DNA of 64,000 nt from Candidatus Latescibacterota bacterium (GCA_965222605.1 OZ244960.1:3136001-3200000); one strand, 5' to 3'. Numbered from the stretch's first letter, positions 47,002 through 57,279 are shown. The notes: a model not told the origin generated them from the letters alone. Numbers and translations: made by a program.

Positions 47002-48831
47002 ATGCGATACAAATCCCTCAAACAGTGCGTTGACGATCTCGACCGCAACGGCCATCTCGTCCGCATTGACCAGGAGGTGGATCCCCATCTGGAGATGGCG
47101 GAGATCCATCGCCGCGTTTTTCAGGCAAATGGTCCGGCTATTTACTATGCGAATGTGAAAGATAGTCCGTTCCCGGCGGTTTCCAATCTGTTTGGTACGC
47201 TCGACCGCTCGCGTTTTCTCTTTCGGTCAACTCTGAGATGGGTACAACGCCTTGTCGAAGCCAAAGCCGATCCGGTTGCGTTTCTGCGCGCTCCCTGGCG
47301 CGCACTGGGGATTGCGAGTATTGCATTTCATACATTGCCAAAAAAGGTGCGCTCTGGCGCGGTACTCAAACAGAGTACGACTATTGATCAGCTCCCTCAG
47401 ATTCAATGCTGGCCCGACGATGGCGGTCCATTTGTTCTTTTGCCCCAGGTTTATACTGAGGACCCCGACCGTCCGGGTGTTATGAATGCCAATTTGGGTA
47501 TGTATCGCATCCAGCTCTCTGGCAATGAGTACATACAGAACGAAGAAATCGGTCTGCACTACCAGATCCGCCGCGATATTGGGATTCACCATGCCAATGC
47601 GCTGAGGCGGGAGGAACGGTTGCGCGTGAGTATTTTTATCGGTGGACCGCCCGCGCATACGTTCTCTGCTGTTATGCCTTTGCCCGAGGGTTTGTCCGAA
47701 CTCATTTTTGCCGGAGGTCTGGCCGGGCGTCGGTTTCGCTATGCCCGCAGGAATGCCTATGTCATTTCTTCGGAGGCCGATTTTGTTATTACGGGAACCG
47801 TGCATCCGGACGAAACCAGGCCCGAAGGTCCGTTTGGCGATCATTTGGGTTATTATAGCCTGGCGCATGATTTTCCCGTTCTCCACGTCGAAGATGTTTG
47901 GCACCGGCAAGATGCTATTTATCCCTTTACTGTTGTGGGTCGCCCTCCGCAGGAAGATACTGCGTTTGGTTTGCTTATCCACGAGATTACCGGGCCGATG
48001 GTTCCCGTCGAGATTCCCGGTCTCAAGTCTATTAATGCTGTGGATGCCGCGGGTGTTCACCCTTTGCTCATTGCCATTGGTTCTGAACGCTATGTGCCCT
48101 ACCGCGAGCGACAACCGCAGGAAATTCTCACGCTTGCCAATGCGCTGCTCGGTTTTGGTGCGTGCTCTTTGGCAAAGTATCTTTTTATTTGTGCAGGTGA
48201 AGATAATCCCCATCTGAATACCCACGATATCGGCTCTTATTTTATCCATGTTCTCGAGCGGGTGGATTGGCGGCGCGATCTCCATTTTCAAACCCGTACG
48301 ACGATAGATACGCTGGATTATTCGGGTACGGGATTTAATGAGGGTTCCAAAGTCGTGATCGCCGCAGCCGGTGCGAAAAGACGCGATCTGTGGCGCGAGA
48401 TTCCGGGTGATCTGGCTCTGCCTGAGGGATTTAAAAATCCCGCCATTGCCTTGCCCGGTATCGCAGCTATTGAAGGTCCCGATTTCGAGGATGCAGATCA
48501 GGGGGGTAAGGACGCAGTTCGTTTGGGTGAGACGCTCGCGTCTCAATCTCTCGATGGTTTGCCGCTTATCCTCATTGTCAATGACAGCGCATTTAGTTCG
48601 CGCACCCTCAACAATTTTCTCTGGGTTACGTTCACTCGCTCCAATCCCTCGCACGATATTTACGGTGTTGATAGCTTTATTGAACACAAACACTGGGGCT
48701 GTAACGGGTCGCTGATTATTGATGCACGCCACAAGCCCCACCACGCGCCCCCGCTTGTTGAAGATCCCAAAATTACTAAAAAAGTAGAGGCACTCGGGGC
48801 ATCGGGCGGGCCATTGTATGGCATTATATGA
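47002..48831 (+). CDS. UbiD-family decarboxylase
   Basis: NLGMYRIQ, EGPFGDHLGYYS, GRPPQED, DTLDYSG. Confidence 0.92.
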   Translation: MRYKSLKQCVDDLDRNGHLVRIDQEVDPHLEMAEIHRRVFQANGPAIYYANVKDSPFPAVSNLFGTLDRSRFLFRSTLRWVQRLVEAKADPVAFLRAPWRALGIASIAFHTLPKKVRSGAVLKQSTTIDQLPQIQCWPDDGGPFVLLPQVYTEDPDRPGVMNANLGMYRIQLSGNEYIQNEEIGLHYQIRRDIGIHHANALRREERLRVSIFIGGPPAHTFSAVMPLPEGLSELIFAGGLAGRRFRYARRNAYVISSEADFVITGTVHPDETRPEGPFGDHLGYYSLAHDFPVLHVEDVWHRQDAIYPFTVVGRPPQEDTAFGLLIHEITGPMVPVEIPGLKSINAVDAAGVHPLLIAIGSERYVPYRERQPQEILTLANALLGFGACSLAKYLFICAGEDNPHLNTHDIGSYFIHVLERVDWRRDLHFQTRTTIDTLDYSGTGFNEGSKVVIAAAGAKRRDLWREIPGDLALPEGFKNPAIALPGIAAIEGPDFEDADQGGKDAVRLGETLASQSLDGLPLILIVNDSAFSSRTLNNFLWVTFTRSNPSHDIYGVDSFIEHKHWGCNGSLIIDARHKPHHAPPLVEDPKITKKVEALGASGGPLYGII

Positions 48832-48859
48832 CGCCTATTTTTTGTGGAGGACTGTTTCC

Positions 48860-49717
48860 ATGATTTACCGGTATCTCTTGATCATTCTCGGTATCTGCTT
48901 CGTCGGCTACGGTGAATGCGACGCAGGCGCTCATAAGAAGGGCGGGGAAATAACGATTCCGGATGTCAATCTGCGTGCGGTGATTGAGGATTCTCTGAAT
49001 AAGGCGAGAGGTGAGGCGATTACTGCGGCTGAAATGGCGACGTTGAAGCGTCTTGAAGCACCGAATTCGAATATTCGCGATTTGACGGGTATTGAGTACG
49101 CAACCGAGCTGACGGTGCTGAATCTCGGCGATGTATTTGTGAATGGCAACCGGATCAATAGTAATGATATTACGGATCTCTCGCCGCTGGCGGGTTTAAT
49201 CAAGCTGATGGAGTTGCATCTTCATCGCAATATAATATATGATATCTCGCCGCTGTCTGGTTTAACGGAGCTGAAGATTCTGGATGTTAGTGCGAATTTT
49301 TATATTTCGGATATTTCTCCCTTGTCGGGTATGACCAGGCTGAGGACGCTGAATCTTTATACCAACGATATTTCGGATCTATCGCCGCTGTCGGGTTTGA
49401 CCGATTTGAGATGGCTGAGGCTGAGTAATAACCTGATCTGGGATATTTCTCATCTGTCGAGTTTGACCGAGTTGAGGGGATTGACTCTCAATGTCAATGC
49501 GGTCTCGGATATTTCTCATCTGTCGGGTTTGACCGATTTGAGATGGCTGAATATTTGGGACTGCGATATTGTGGATTTATCGCCTCTGGTGGAGAATGCG
49601 GGATTGAGTGGCGAAAAGGATTTTATCGATTTGAGGGATAATCCCCTGAGCGATGTATCAATTAACACGCATATTCTGGCGCTTCGGGAAAGAGGGGTCA
49701 GGGTGAGGCTTGACTAA
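48860..49717 (+). CDS. Secreted internalin-like LRR protein, copy 1
   Basis: Signal peptide, IPDVNLRAVI cap, 22-aa ISDLSPLSGLT repeats. Confidence 0.9.
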   Translation: MIYRYLLIILGICFVGYGECDAGAHKKGGEITIPDVNLRAVIEDSLNKARGEAITAAEMATLKRLEAPNSNIRDLTGIEYATELTVLNLGDVFVNGNRINSNDITDLSPLAGLIKLMELHLHRNIIYDISPLSGLTELKILDVSANFYISDISPLSGMTRLRTLNLYTNDISDLSPLSGLTDLRWLRLSNNLIWDISHLSSLTELRGLTLNVNAVSDISHLSGLTDLRWLNIWDCDIVDLSPLVENAGLSGEKDFIDLRDNPLSDVSINTHILALRERGVRVRLD

Positions 49718-49778
49718 TTGCGCTCGGGTCTTGAAAGACGAGTTCCATGCCGTCTATTTTTTGTGGAGGACTGTTTCC

Positions 49779-50639
49779 ATGATCTACCGGCATCTCTTGA
49801 TCATTCTCGGTATCTGCTTCGTCAGCTATGGCGAATGCGACGCAGACGCTCATAAAAAGGGTGGAGAAATAACGATTCCGGATGTCAACCTGCGTGCGGT
49901 GATTGAGGATTCTCTGAATAAGGCGAGAGGTGAGGCGATTACTGCGGCTGAGATGGCGACATTGAAGCGTCTTGAAGCACCGAATTCAAGGATTCGCGAT
50001 TTGACGGGGATTGAGTACGCTACCGAACTGACGGTGCTGAATCTCGGCTATGTATTGGTGAATGGCAATCGCGTCAATAGCAATAATATTTCGGATCTCT
50101 CTCCGTTGTTGGGTTTAACCAGGCTGACAGAGTTGAACCTCTTTCGCAATACAATAGCGGATCTATCGCCGCTGTCGAGTTTGACCGAACTGAGAGTACT
50201 GGATCTTAGTGGGAATTCCTATATCTCAGATATTTCTCCTCTGTCGGGTTTGACCAGGATGAGAACGCTGCATCTCTATACCAACGATATTTCGGATCTA
50301 TCGCCGCTGTCGGGTTTGACCGATTTGAGGTGGCTGGATGTGAGTAATAATCTCATCTGGGATATTTCTCCGCTGTCGAGTTTGACCGAGCTGAGGGGAT
50401 TGGCTCTGAATAACAATGCGGTCTCGGATCTTTCTCCTCTGTCGGGTTTGACCAGGCTGCAAAGGGTGCATAGTTGGGATTGCGATGTTTCGGATTTATC
50501 GCCTCTGGTGGAGAATGCGGGATTGCGTGGCGAAAAAAGTTTGATCGATTTGAGGGATAATTCCCTGAGCGATATTTCAATTAATACGCATATTCCTGCG
50601 CTTCGGGAGAGAGGGGTCAGGGTGAGGCTCGATAACTGA
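49779..50639 (+). CDS. Secreted internalin-like LRR protein, copy 2
   Basis: Tandem paralog with the same upstream RBS region. Confidence 0.9.
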   Translation: MIYRHLLIILGICFVSYGECDADAHKKGGEITIPDVNLRAVIEDSLNKARGEAITAAEMATLKRLEAPNSRIRDLTGIEYATELTVLNLGYVLVNGNRVNSNNISDLSPLLGLTRLTELNLFRNTIADLSPLSSLTELRVLDLSGNSYISDISPLSGLTRMRTLHLYTNDISDLSPLSGLTDLRWLDVSNNLIWDISPLSSLTELRGLALNNNAVSDLSPLSGLTRLQRVHSWDCDVSDLSPLVENAGLRGEKSLIDLRDNSLSDISINTHIPALRERGVRVRLDN

Positions 50640-50645
50640 GGTCGC

Positions 50646-51647
50646 TCAGGCGCCCGGGTCTTTAAAGACCAATTCCATGCCGTCTGTGACAGTGACCGTG
50701 ATCTGCAATTTTCTCGGTTCGATCAGGTGTGCGAGGTGGGGTTGTCCGTTGATCCACACGTTGGGGAAGCGACACCAGGGGACGGGGACGTCGGCGTGGA
50801 GGGTGAGCGTGCGGCAGGTGACGCGGTCGCTCAGGTTGTGGAGGTGGAGGCGGTAGCGCTTTTGGGTTTGTGTGTCGGACAGTGTTTCGATTTGTGTGTG
50901 GCGTCTGGTCTGGTGATAGAAGAGTACTTCTTCGGGTACGGCACACCAGACGTTGTCAGTGCCTTCTGTGAGGATGGTTTCAAATCTTTTTCTGAGTTGT
51001 GGATGCGAGCAGTCTTTGTTGGGGTGGATGGGTTTTTGTAGAGGGCAATGGCAGTAGTCGATGATCCAGCCGTTTTGCGCTTGTGCATGGCGGATGTTGC
51101 GGAATGGGTCGTATTCGCTAAAGAATGGGGCGTAATACTGTTCGTGCAATGCCGTGCGATTGATCCAGAAGAGCGGGGTGTTCGGACGGTTGAGGGCGTC
51201 GGTTAGACTCATTGCGCCGAGGTAGCCGTGTTTGCGACAGGCTTTGAGGACGTGGTCTGACATGTTGGCGTTGTTTCCGGGGGCGCAGTAGAGATCGACG
51301 GGTGCGTCAATGGCGGCTTCGAGTACGTCTTTTGCGCGGCCAATTTCCAGGTCAACCATGTCGGGTTGTATGAGTTGGTGGCTCCAGGAGTGATTGCCAA
51401 TTCCCCAGCCCCGGGCGAGCAGGTCTTTGAGTTCGTCGGCATTCATGTGGCGATAGCCATTGTAGCTGGAGTTGCCAATATTGCGGGTTTCGCCCAGTTG
51501 CCCGACTACGACTTCCACATGTCCCGGAATGCCGTATTCTTCGTGGATGGGGATTGCGAATTGGTGCAGATCAACAAGGGCTTCGTCATACGTGATGGAA
51601 TAGACCCAGGTTTTGTTGTATTTCCATGGGCATATTGTGAGGGCCAT
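50646..51647 (-). CDS. Polysaccharide deacetylase family protein
   Basis: SITYDE and GNHSWSH NodB-like motifs. Confidence 0.75.
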   Translation of the reverse strand: MALTICPWKYNKTWVYSITYDEALVDLHQFAIPIHEEYGIPGHVEVVVGQLGETRNIGNSSYNGYRHMNADELKDLLARGWGIGNHSWSHQLIQPDMVDLEIGRAKDVLEAAIDAPVDLYCAPGNNANMSDHVLKACRKHGYLGAMSLTDALNRPNTPLFWINRTALHEQYYAPFFSEYDPFRNIRHAQAQNGWIIDYCHCPLQKPIHPNKDCSHPQLRKRFETILTEGTDNVWCAVPEEVLFYHQTRRHTQIETLSDTQTQKRYRLHLHNLSDRVTCRTLTLHADVPVPWCRFPNVWINGQPHLAHLIEPRKLQITVTVTDGMELVFKDPGA

Positions 51648-51663
51648 GTTTTTCTCCAGCGTC

Positions 51664-52908
51664 TTAGACTCGATTCTGGTCGGCGACAGTGGCGACAATT
51701 TGGGCGGCGAGGTCACAGTGTTCGGGTTGGTATTTTTCGCAAAACGTCGTCCAGCGGATGAAATTGTCGAGAAAGTCCCGGGCATTGGGACAGGTGTTTG
51801 CGCCGTATTTGTAGGTGTGGGATGCCGGGGGTTTGGAGAAGGGAAAGAGGTGTTTTTCGGCTTTATCTGTTAAAAAGGGCAGGGCAGCGGGCATGAGATA
51901 GTATTTTCCGAGTCCCGCACCGGTGAGTCCTGCATCGGCGACTTGCTGTGCAAAGGATTCGGCGTTGCATCTAAAGGCATTGGGGTCGATGCTGAATCCG
52001 GCCATCCAGCAGGAATAGATTTCCATGTAATCTGGGATAGATAGTGGGATGATGCCGGGTATTTCGGCGAGTTTGTCGGTGATGAGGCGAATCATGCGGT
52101 CGATATGTGCAACGGCCGGGCGGATGATTTCGAGTTGTGCAAGGGTGATGGCAGCGGTCGATTGGGTCATGCGGAGGGCGTATCCATTTACGGCGTGTAC
52201 GCGCCCCAGTCCTTCAACCATTTGTCCGCCTCTGCTTTGACCGACAAACCGAATTTGTTCGTCGAGTTCATCGTCATCTGTAATGACACAGCCGCCGACG
52301 TCGGAGCCGAGTGTTTTTTCGGAGTCGAATGAGAAGGCTGCGACATCGCCGAGGGTGCCTGCAAGGCGGCCTTTGTACGTGCCAAATACGGCCTGGCATA
52401 CGTCTTCAATGACGGTCAGGCCATGTTTTTTTCCCAGCGCGTGGATGGGGTCCATGTCGCAGATGAGACCGGTTATGTGGACGGCGAGAATGGCTCGCGT
52501 GCGGTTGGTGATACAGGGTGCGATGGTGCGGGCGCTGATGAGCGGTGTGTCGGGTTCGGTGTCGGGGAAGACCGGGATGTAGTTTTCTTTGAGCAGTCCC
52601 ATAACCGTGCCGTAGTCGGTGATGGGCGATACGATGATTTCATCGCCGGGTTCGAGACTGAGCGCGGCTGCGAGTATGTTGAGCGCTGCGGTGCATCCGG
52701 GTGTGCCGATGCAGTGTTTGATGCCCATTTCTCTTTCAAAAGCGGCTTCAAATCGCCGAACCATGTCGCATTGCAGGCCCGATGTTACGACTTCCTGAAG
52801 GTATGTCAGGCAATTTGAACCCATGGTGCGCGGGAAGGGTTGGGGCAGGCTACCTCTGAGTCCGTCAAATGCTTCGGCACCGTATTTTGCGCGTTCTTGA
52901 ATAGACAT
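51664..52908 (-). CDS. DegT/DnrJ/EryC1/StrS aminotransferase family
   Basis: PGDEII, VIEDVCQA, AFSFDSEK, GGCVITDD. Confidence 0.88.
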   Translation of the reverse strand: MSIQERAKYGAEAFDGLRGSLPQPFPRTMGSNCLTYLQEVVTSGLQCDMVRRFEAAFEREMGIKHCIGTPGCTAALNILAAALSLEPGDEIIVSPITDYGTVMGLLKENYIPVFPDTEPDTPLISARTIAPCITNRTRAILAVHITGLICDMDPIHALGKKHGLTVIEDVCQAVFGTYKGRLAGTLGDVAAFSFDSEKTLGSDVGGCVITDDDELDEQIRFVGQSRGGQMVEGLGRVHAVNGYALRMTQSTAAITLAQLEIIRPAVAHIDRMIRLITDKLAEIPGIIPLSIPDYMEIYSCWMAGFSIDPNAFRCNAESFAQQVADAGLTGAGLGKYYLMPAALPFLTDKAEKHLFPFSKPPASHTYKYGANTCPNARDFLDNFIRWTTFCEKYQPEHCDLAAQIVATVADQNRV

Positions 52909-52929
52909 GTTACCACCTGAGCGATTTTT

Positions 52930-53466
52930 TTAATCATTGGATAGTGCTTCAAAGGATAGCGTATCAGCCACTGATTTTATTACGGTGGCAATGCGGGCGA
53001 TATCTGCGATTTGTTGTGCGTCAATGCCCAGCTTGTTCAATTGCGATGCGTGTGCGTTTACACAAATACCACACGCGTTCACTACACTCGCCGAGAGGCT
53101 CCACGCTTCGAACAAAGCGCGATCGACACCGCCGTGGGTCAGCACGGCATTCATGCGCAATTTGGGCGGCTGTTTCTTTACTTCGTTGTCCCGAATGAGA
53201 TCGGTGAATTTATACCATACATTGGTCATGCTCATCATGGCAGCAGCGGATTTCACGGCTTTTATGTGTTTTTCGTCCATAACAGCCTGTGCGTCCTCGG
53301 CGATATTCTGAATTACCTGTGCATTTTTTGATACCAGTGCCGCTGTGAGTGCCGACCCCCAGGCCATGGCTGGGTCGAGACGAGACGCAGATATTACCGA
53401 TCCCAGGTTCAACCGAATATCCCGCGCATAGTCGGGCATTGCCGATCTCAGATTATCTATACCCAT
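52930..53466 (-). CDS. ahpD: Alkyl hydroperoxide reductase AhpD
   Basis: PDYARDIRLNL, MSMTNVWY, VNACGICVNAH. Confidence 0.88.
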   Translation of the reverse strand: MGIDNLRSAMPDYARDIRLNLGSVISASRLDPAMAWGSALTAALVSKNAQVIQNIAEDAQAVMDEKHIKAVKSAAAMMSMTNVWYKFTDLIRDNEVKKQPPKLRMNAVLTHGGVDRALFEAWSLSASVVNACGICVNAHASQLNKLGIDAQQIADIARIATVIKSVADTLSFEALSND

Positions 53467-53484
53467 AAAATCTCCTGTATGACG

Positions 53485-53524
53485 TACAAAGCGCAGAGAA
53501 CGGCATTGCTCTCTGCGCTTTGTA
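53485..53524. terminator. Long hairpin, probable terminator
   Basis: TACAAAGCGCAGAGA/TCTCTGCGCTTTGTA inverted repeat. Confidence 0.5.
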
Positions 53525-53637
53525 TAAAATTACTTTTGTGCTGATTTAACCATTCTTCATCATCAGACAAAGGATGAATCAGTACGGCTATAATACCGTG
53601 GACCAGCGGTTACAGGTCGCTGATCCACCAGTCATCT

Positions 53638-53964
53638 TTAACCTTTGACGCGATTGAACGTCCTCATTGCGAATACGGCTATGACGCTGGCATACAGAGC
53701 GGTAACGATCGGATCGACGATGGCGTCCAGGCTGGCGCCAATTCCCTGTATGTTGCTCAACACGTTCGCATCTCCAGCAGCGCCGACCGCAAGCGCAACC
53801 ACCAGATAGGCTGTCGCGTCCTCAGCATCAACCGCCATCCCCCCGTACACCAGGCCCAGAAGCACCAGCACGAGCGGCACAATTCCCATAGGGATCGCGT
53901 CGGCCGCCAAGCCCTGAATAATCGCCAGAACGACGATCAGGCCAATAATAATCCTGTTTACCAT
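53638..53964 (-). CDS. Small 4-TM membrane protein, copy 2 (108 aa)
   Basis: GGAGG RBS; shares AVDAEDATAYLVVALAVGAA with 54059..54385. Confidence 0.8.
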   Translation of the reverse strand: MVNRIIIGLIVVLAIIQGLAADAIPMGIVPLVLVLLGLVYGGMAVDAEDATAYLVVALAVGAAGDANVLSNIQGIGASLDAIVDPIVTALYASVIAVFAMRTFNRVKG

Positions 53965-54058
53965 TTCTACCTCCCAGAATAAGTTAGTGTGTCGCTTACA
54001 GACGGAGTGCAAATGTACCACCCCGTACAAAGGCTCTAAAAAACGATTTTAGAAGCCT

Positions 54059-54385
54059 TTAACCCTTGATGAGGTTTGCCGCCTTTGTCACGAGTATGGC
54101 TATGACACCGGCATACAAAGCGGTACTGATCGGATCGACGATGGCGTCCAGGTGGGCGCCAATTCCCTGTATGTGGCTCAACACATCGGATCCTGCAGCA
54201 GCGCCGACCGCAAGCGCAACCACCAGGTAGGCTGTCGCGTCCTCAGCGTCAACCGCCACTATCGCGTAGAGTAAGCCCAGAATTACCAACGCAAGTGGCA
54301 CAAGTCCCCCAGGGATCGCGTCGGGCAACAAGCCCTGCACAATCGCGAGAAGGATGACCAGACCAACAATAATTCTGCTTGCCAT
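54059..54385 (-). CDS. Small 4-TM membrane protein, copy 1 (108 aa)
   Basis: GGAGG RBS; tandem paralog of 53638..53964. Confidence 0.8.
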   Translation of the reverse strand: MASRIIVGLVILLAIVQGLLPDAIPGGLVPLALVILGLLYAIVAVDAEDATAYLVVALAVGAAAGSDVLSHIQGIGAHLDAIVDPISTALYAGVIAILVTKAANLIKG

Positions 54386-54665
54386 TTCTACCTCCCAGAA
54401 TGTAGTTGTGTCACTGCCTGCGTGATAACGCAGGCGTAACGGTTACAGACGGAGTGACACAAAATGCACCACCCCCGTCCCTCCCTAAAAGTGTATGAAT
54501 ATGATCTTAGGTCATGGACAAGATAACTCAATTTTTTTCGAAATCAAGCTAAACTTATAGGGACGGTAAATATTTTTTTATTTATTTTGTTGGATGTAAC
54601 TTGTAGATTATATTTTGTGGGAAACTCAATTTTATCAATACCTTCAGACAATTTATTGCGCTTTT

Positions 54666-56447
54666 ATGTTCTCTTTCTCTCCCAACGATTTTCTCGCCTG
54701 TAATGGCACGCGCATAGGTGCTGAGTATCTGCATGGTCGCATGCAAACCCTCCGCGATGAGATTGAACCTGCCCTGACGAAACAGCATCCAGACTTTACC
54801 GCTGTTATTTCACCTGTTTACACGACGACTAATTTTCGCTCCAATCCCAGCCGGCCCCGGGATCACGCGTGTCTCTATTTTGTCGATCGCAAGCTGAAGA
54901 AAAGCGCGTTTCCCCGGTTGCCTCAGCTGGGTATTTATTTGCACCACAATGCCGTTGCCATAGGTTTTTACTCTGGCTGGTGGACTTCCGAGGCAATGAA
55001 AATGGCTCTTGCTGACCGCAAGAAGTTTCGCGGTCTGGTGCCGCGCAAGGGGTATCGCTGTTTGGCTGGCGATATTATTGTTGAATCACCCGGTCGTTCA
55101 GTGCCCTGGTCGCCTTCCAGACTTGAGGGGGTTGATCGCTCTTTGTTTGTTGGTTCGATTCTCACGCCCGAGGAAGCCGCGGCGCCGAGGCTTATTGACG
55201 ATATCAATGGGGTGCTTGCGGATCTCTACGCGCTGTATGCGGTATTTACAGGAGCCAGATACCGGGCCTCTAAAAGCAGTATTGTATATCAGGTGCCCGA
55301 TCCCGCAGAAGCCGGTATTGTGCGGGATGCGCTTGTGCCGGTGGAGGCCGAGCTTTTGTGCGATCTTTACCGGTTCACGGCGCTGAAGAATTTCCATATT
55401 GAAGCGAGTATGTTGTTCAATCTCTATCTGTGTCTTAAGACGAAGCCTTTTCTCATTCTGGCAGGGATATCTGGGACGGGCAAGAGCACTGTGATTCGCC
55501 TTTTGGCCGAGGCGATCAATGGTCTCGATAAGGGTCGGGCCAGGGGGTATCGCCTCATTCCCGTGCGCCCGGATTGGAATGATGTGCGCGATTTGCTCGG
55601 GTTTGAAAATTTGCTTACGGGGGTGTTTCGCCCCGGTGCGTTGCTTCAGGCGATGTGCGAAGCACAAGCCGATCCGGACCGTCCTTATTTTGTGTGTTTG
55701 GACGAGATGAATCTCGCCCGCGTAGAACACTATTTTGCCGATTTTTTGAGTGTTATGGAAACGGCGAGACGCACGCCGGATGGCGCGTGGACAACAGATC
55801 CGATTGAGCTCGCGCAGGGAGGCGATATTGTGTCAACAGATGAGATGGGAGACCTGCCTCCGCGTCTGCCGATTCCGCCCAATTTGTTTGTTGCAGGCAC
55901 GGTTAATATGGACGAGACGACTTATACGTTTAGTCCCAAGGTGCTCGACCGGGCAAATACTGTTGCTTTTGACCGCGTTGATCTGGGTCTATCGGATTAT
56001 GATCCAGATATGCAAATTGATTCGACTGCCCTGCGCGCCCTCGGTGCAGCACTTATTGACCGTCCCTATCGCCAGTTGGAAGATGTTCGCCACCGCGATG
56101 AGGTTATTGCGTGGAATGAACCGTTAGAGGAGATCAATGCGATGCTCGCCGAAGAAGATCTGCATTTTGGCTATCGCATTCGCGACGAGGTTCTCATCTA
56201 TATGGCGTATGCGCTCGATCTGATTGAGGGGCTTCCATCAAATGCGCCAGCGTTCACGCCCCGAGACGCTTTTGATTATCAAATTTTACAAAAAATTCTC
56301 CCACGCCTGTCCGGCGCAGGAGAAGAACTCGCAGATCTGCTCGATACGCTTATCGCTTTTTGCGATCTCTCATATCCCCGCACAACTCACAAACTCCAGC
56401 GCGTTAAACGCCGTCTTGAACTCACGGGCTTTGTCAGTTTTTGGTAG
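54666..56447 (+). CDS. McrB-family AAA+ GTPase (start uncertain)
   Basis: GISGTGKS, LDEMNLARVEHYF, GTVNMDETT (NxxD), FSPKVLDRA, QKILPR. Confidence 0.88.
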   Translation: MFSFSPNDFLACNGTRIGAEYLHGRMQTLRDEIEPALTKQHPDFTAVISPVYTTTNFRSNPSRPRDHACLYFVDRKLKKSAFPRLPQLGIYLHHNAVAIGFYSGWWTSEAMKMALADRKKFRGLVPRKGYRCLAGDIIVESPGRSVPWSPSRLEGVDRSLFVGSILTPEEAAAPRLIDDINGVLADLYALYAVFTGARYRASKSSIVYQVPDPAEAGIVRDALVPVEAELLCDLYRFTALKNFHIEASMLFNLYLCLKTKPFLILAGISGTGKSTVIRLLAEAINGLDKGRARGYRLIPVRPDWNDVRDLLGFENLLTGVFRPGALLQAMCEAQADPDRPYFVCLDEMNLARVEHYFADFLSVMETARRTPDGAWTTDPIELAQGGDIVSTDEMGDLPPRLPIPPNLFVAGTVNMDETTYTFSPKVLDRANTVAFDRVDLGLSDYDPDMQIDSTALRALGAALIDRPYRQLEDVRHRDEVIAWNEPLEEINAMLAEEDLHFGYRIRDEVLIYMAYALDLIEGLPSNAPAFTPRDAFDYQILQKILPRLSGAGEELADLLDTLIAFCDLSYPRTTHKLQRVKRRLELTGFVSFW

Positions 56448-56724
56448 GTAAAATTCCAAATTTTTCGCGCAGTCCACGAAGTTCATATTCGAAATTTTCG
56501 GGGGAGTAATCAATCGCAGGCACATGATGATCATTCATGAGATCTAAAAAATCATGCCGGGACAGGTTAAGCAACTCTGCACCCTTTCCCACACTGATTT
56601 TTCCTGTACGCACCAAATCTAAAACGGTTGCCCGGGTGGCCTCTTTTGTTGCTTTCTGAGCACCACCGAGTATTTCGACGAGTGGCTCAGGCAACCTGAT
56701 CGTCAATTCCTTTTCAGTAGCCAA
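56434..56724 (-). CDS. UPF0175-family protein (putative antitoxin)
   Basis: GKISVGKGAELLNLSRHDFLDLM. Confidence 0.8.
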   Translation of the reverse strand: MATEKELTIRLPEPLVEILGGAQKATKEATRATVLDLVRTGKISVGKGAELLNLSRHDFLDLMNDHHVPAIDYSPENFEYELRGLREKFGILPTKN

Positions 56725-56727
56725 GAT

Positions 56728-57279
56728 TCATCTCTTGTATTCTGATTTTGTGATCTCAAAGTCCAGCGTCTTTCCGTTATCCATTTCTCTTGAGACGGTC
56801 AATCCACATGACCGCCACAAGGCTTTTGAACGCTCGTTGTCTGCACGCACATCCATCGCGCAGAATCGATCAATTCCCAATTCCTCAAATGCGTACGCCA
56901 TCAGGCGTCGCACCACTTCTTTTCCATAGCCTTTATCCCATTGGGATTTGTCCCATATCCCAATGGGCAAGCGCATTATCTTCTCACTCTCGATTTTTGC
57001 CCGTTCCAAATTCATCCACTGCAAACATACTTCGCCAATGGTTCGTCCACTCGCCTTTTCCTCAATTGCAAATAGGAATCCCTGTTTTGCCATGTGTTTG
57101 CCTACACGTCTGAGATAGTCACCTGTCACGGGTTCTTCAGGTGGCTCTCCCTCCATTGCATTCAGAAAATCGGGATCTCGATAAAAAGGCACCGCGAGAT
57201 CAAAATCAGCGTCCTCAAATGGTCGAAGCCTCAAGCGTTCTGTTTTCAGGTGAATATTGTGAAGAGCAAAGTTGTCCAT
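56728..57279 (-). CDS. GNAT (RimJ/RimL-type) acetyltransferase
   Basis: LKTERLRLRPF, WDKGYGKE, NERSKAL. Confidence 0.85.
   Translation of the reverse strand: MDNFALHNIHLKTERLRLRPFEDADFDLAVPFYRDPDFLNAMEGEPPEEPVTGDYLRRVGKHMAKQGFLFAIEEKASGRTIGEVCLQWMNLERAKIESEKIMRLPIGIWDKSQWDKGYGKEVVRRLMAYAFEELGIDRFCAMDVRADNERSKALWRSCGLTVSREMDNGKTLDFEITKSEYKR

Noticed and set aside
47227-48744. 505-aa antisense ORF (also 21418..22449, 37036..37878, 45142..45867)
   Set aside because: Shadow frames opposite well-supported genes, with no recognisable motifs.
49080-50580. Regular ~66-bp repeats as a CRISPR array
   Set aside because: They are in-frame LRR coding repeats with no unique spacers and no cas genes.
53530-53637. 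Possible remnant of a third small membrane protein copy (GIIAVLI)
   Set aside because: Similarity is too short to support by eye.
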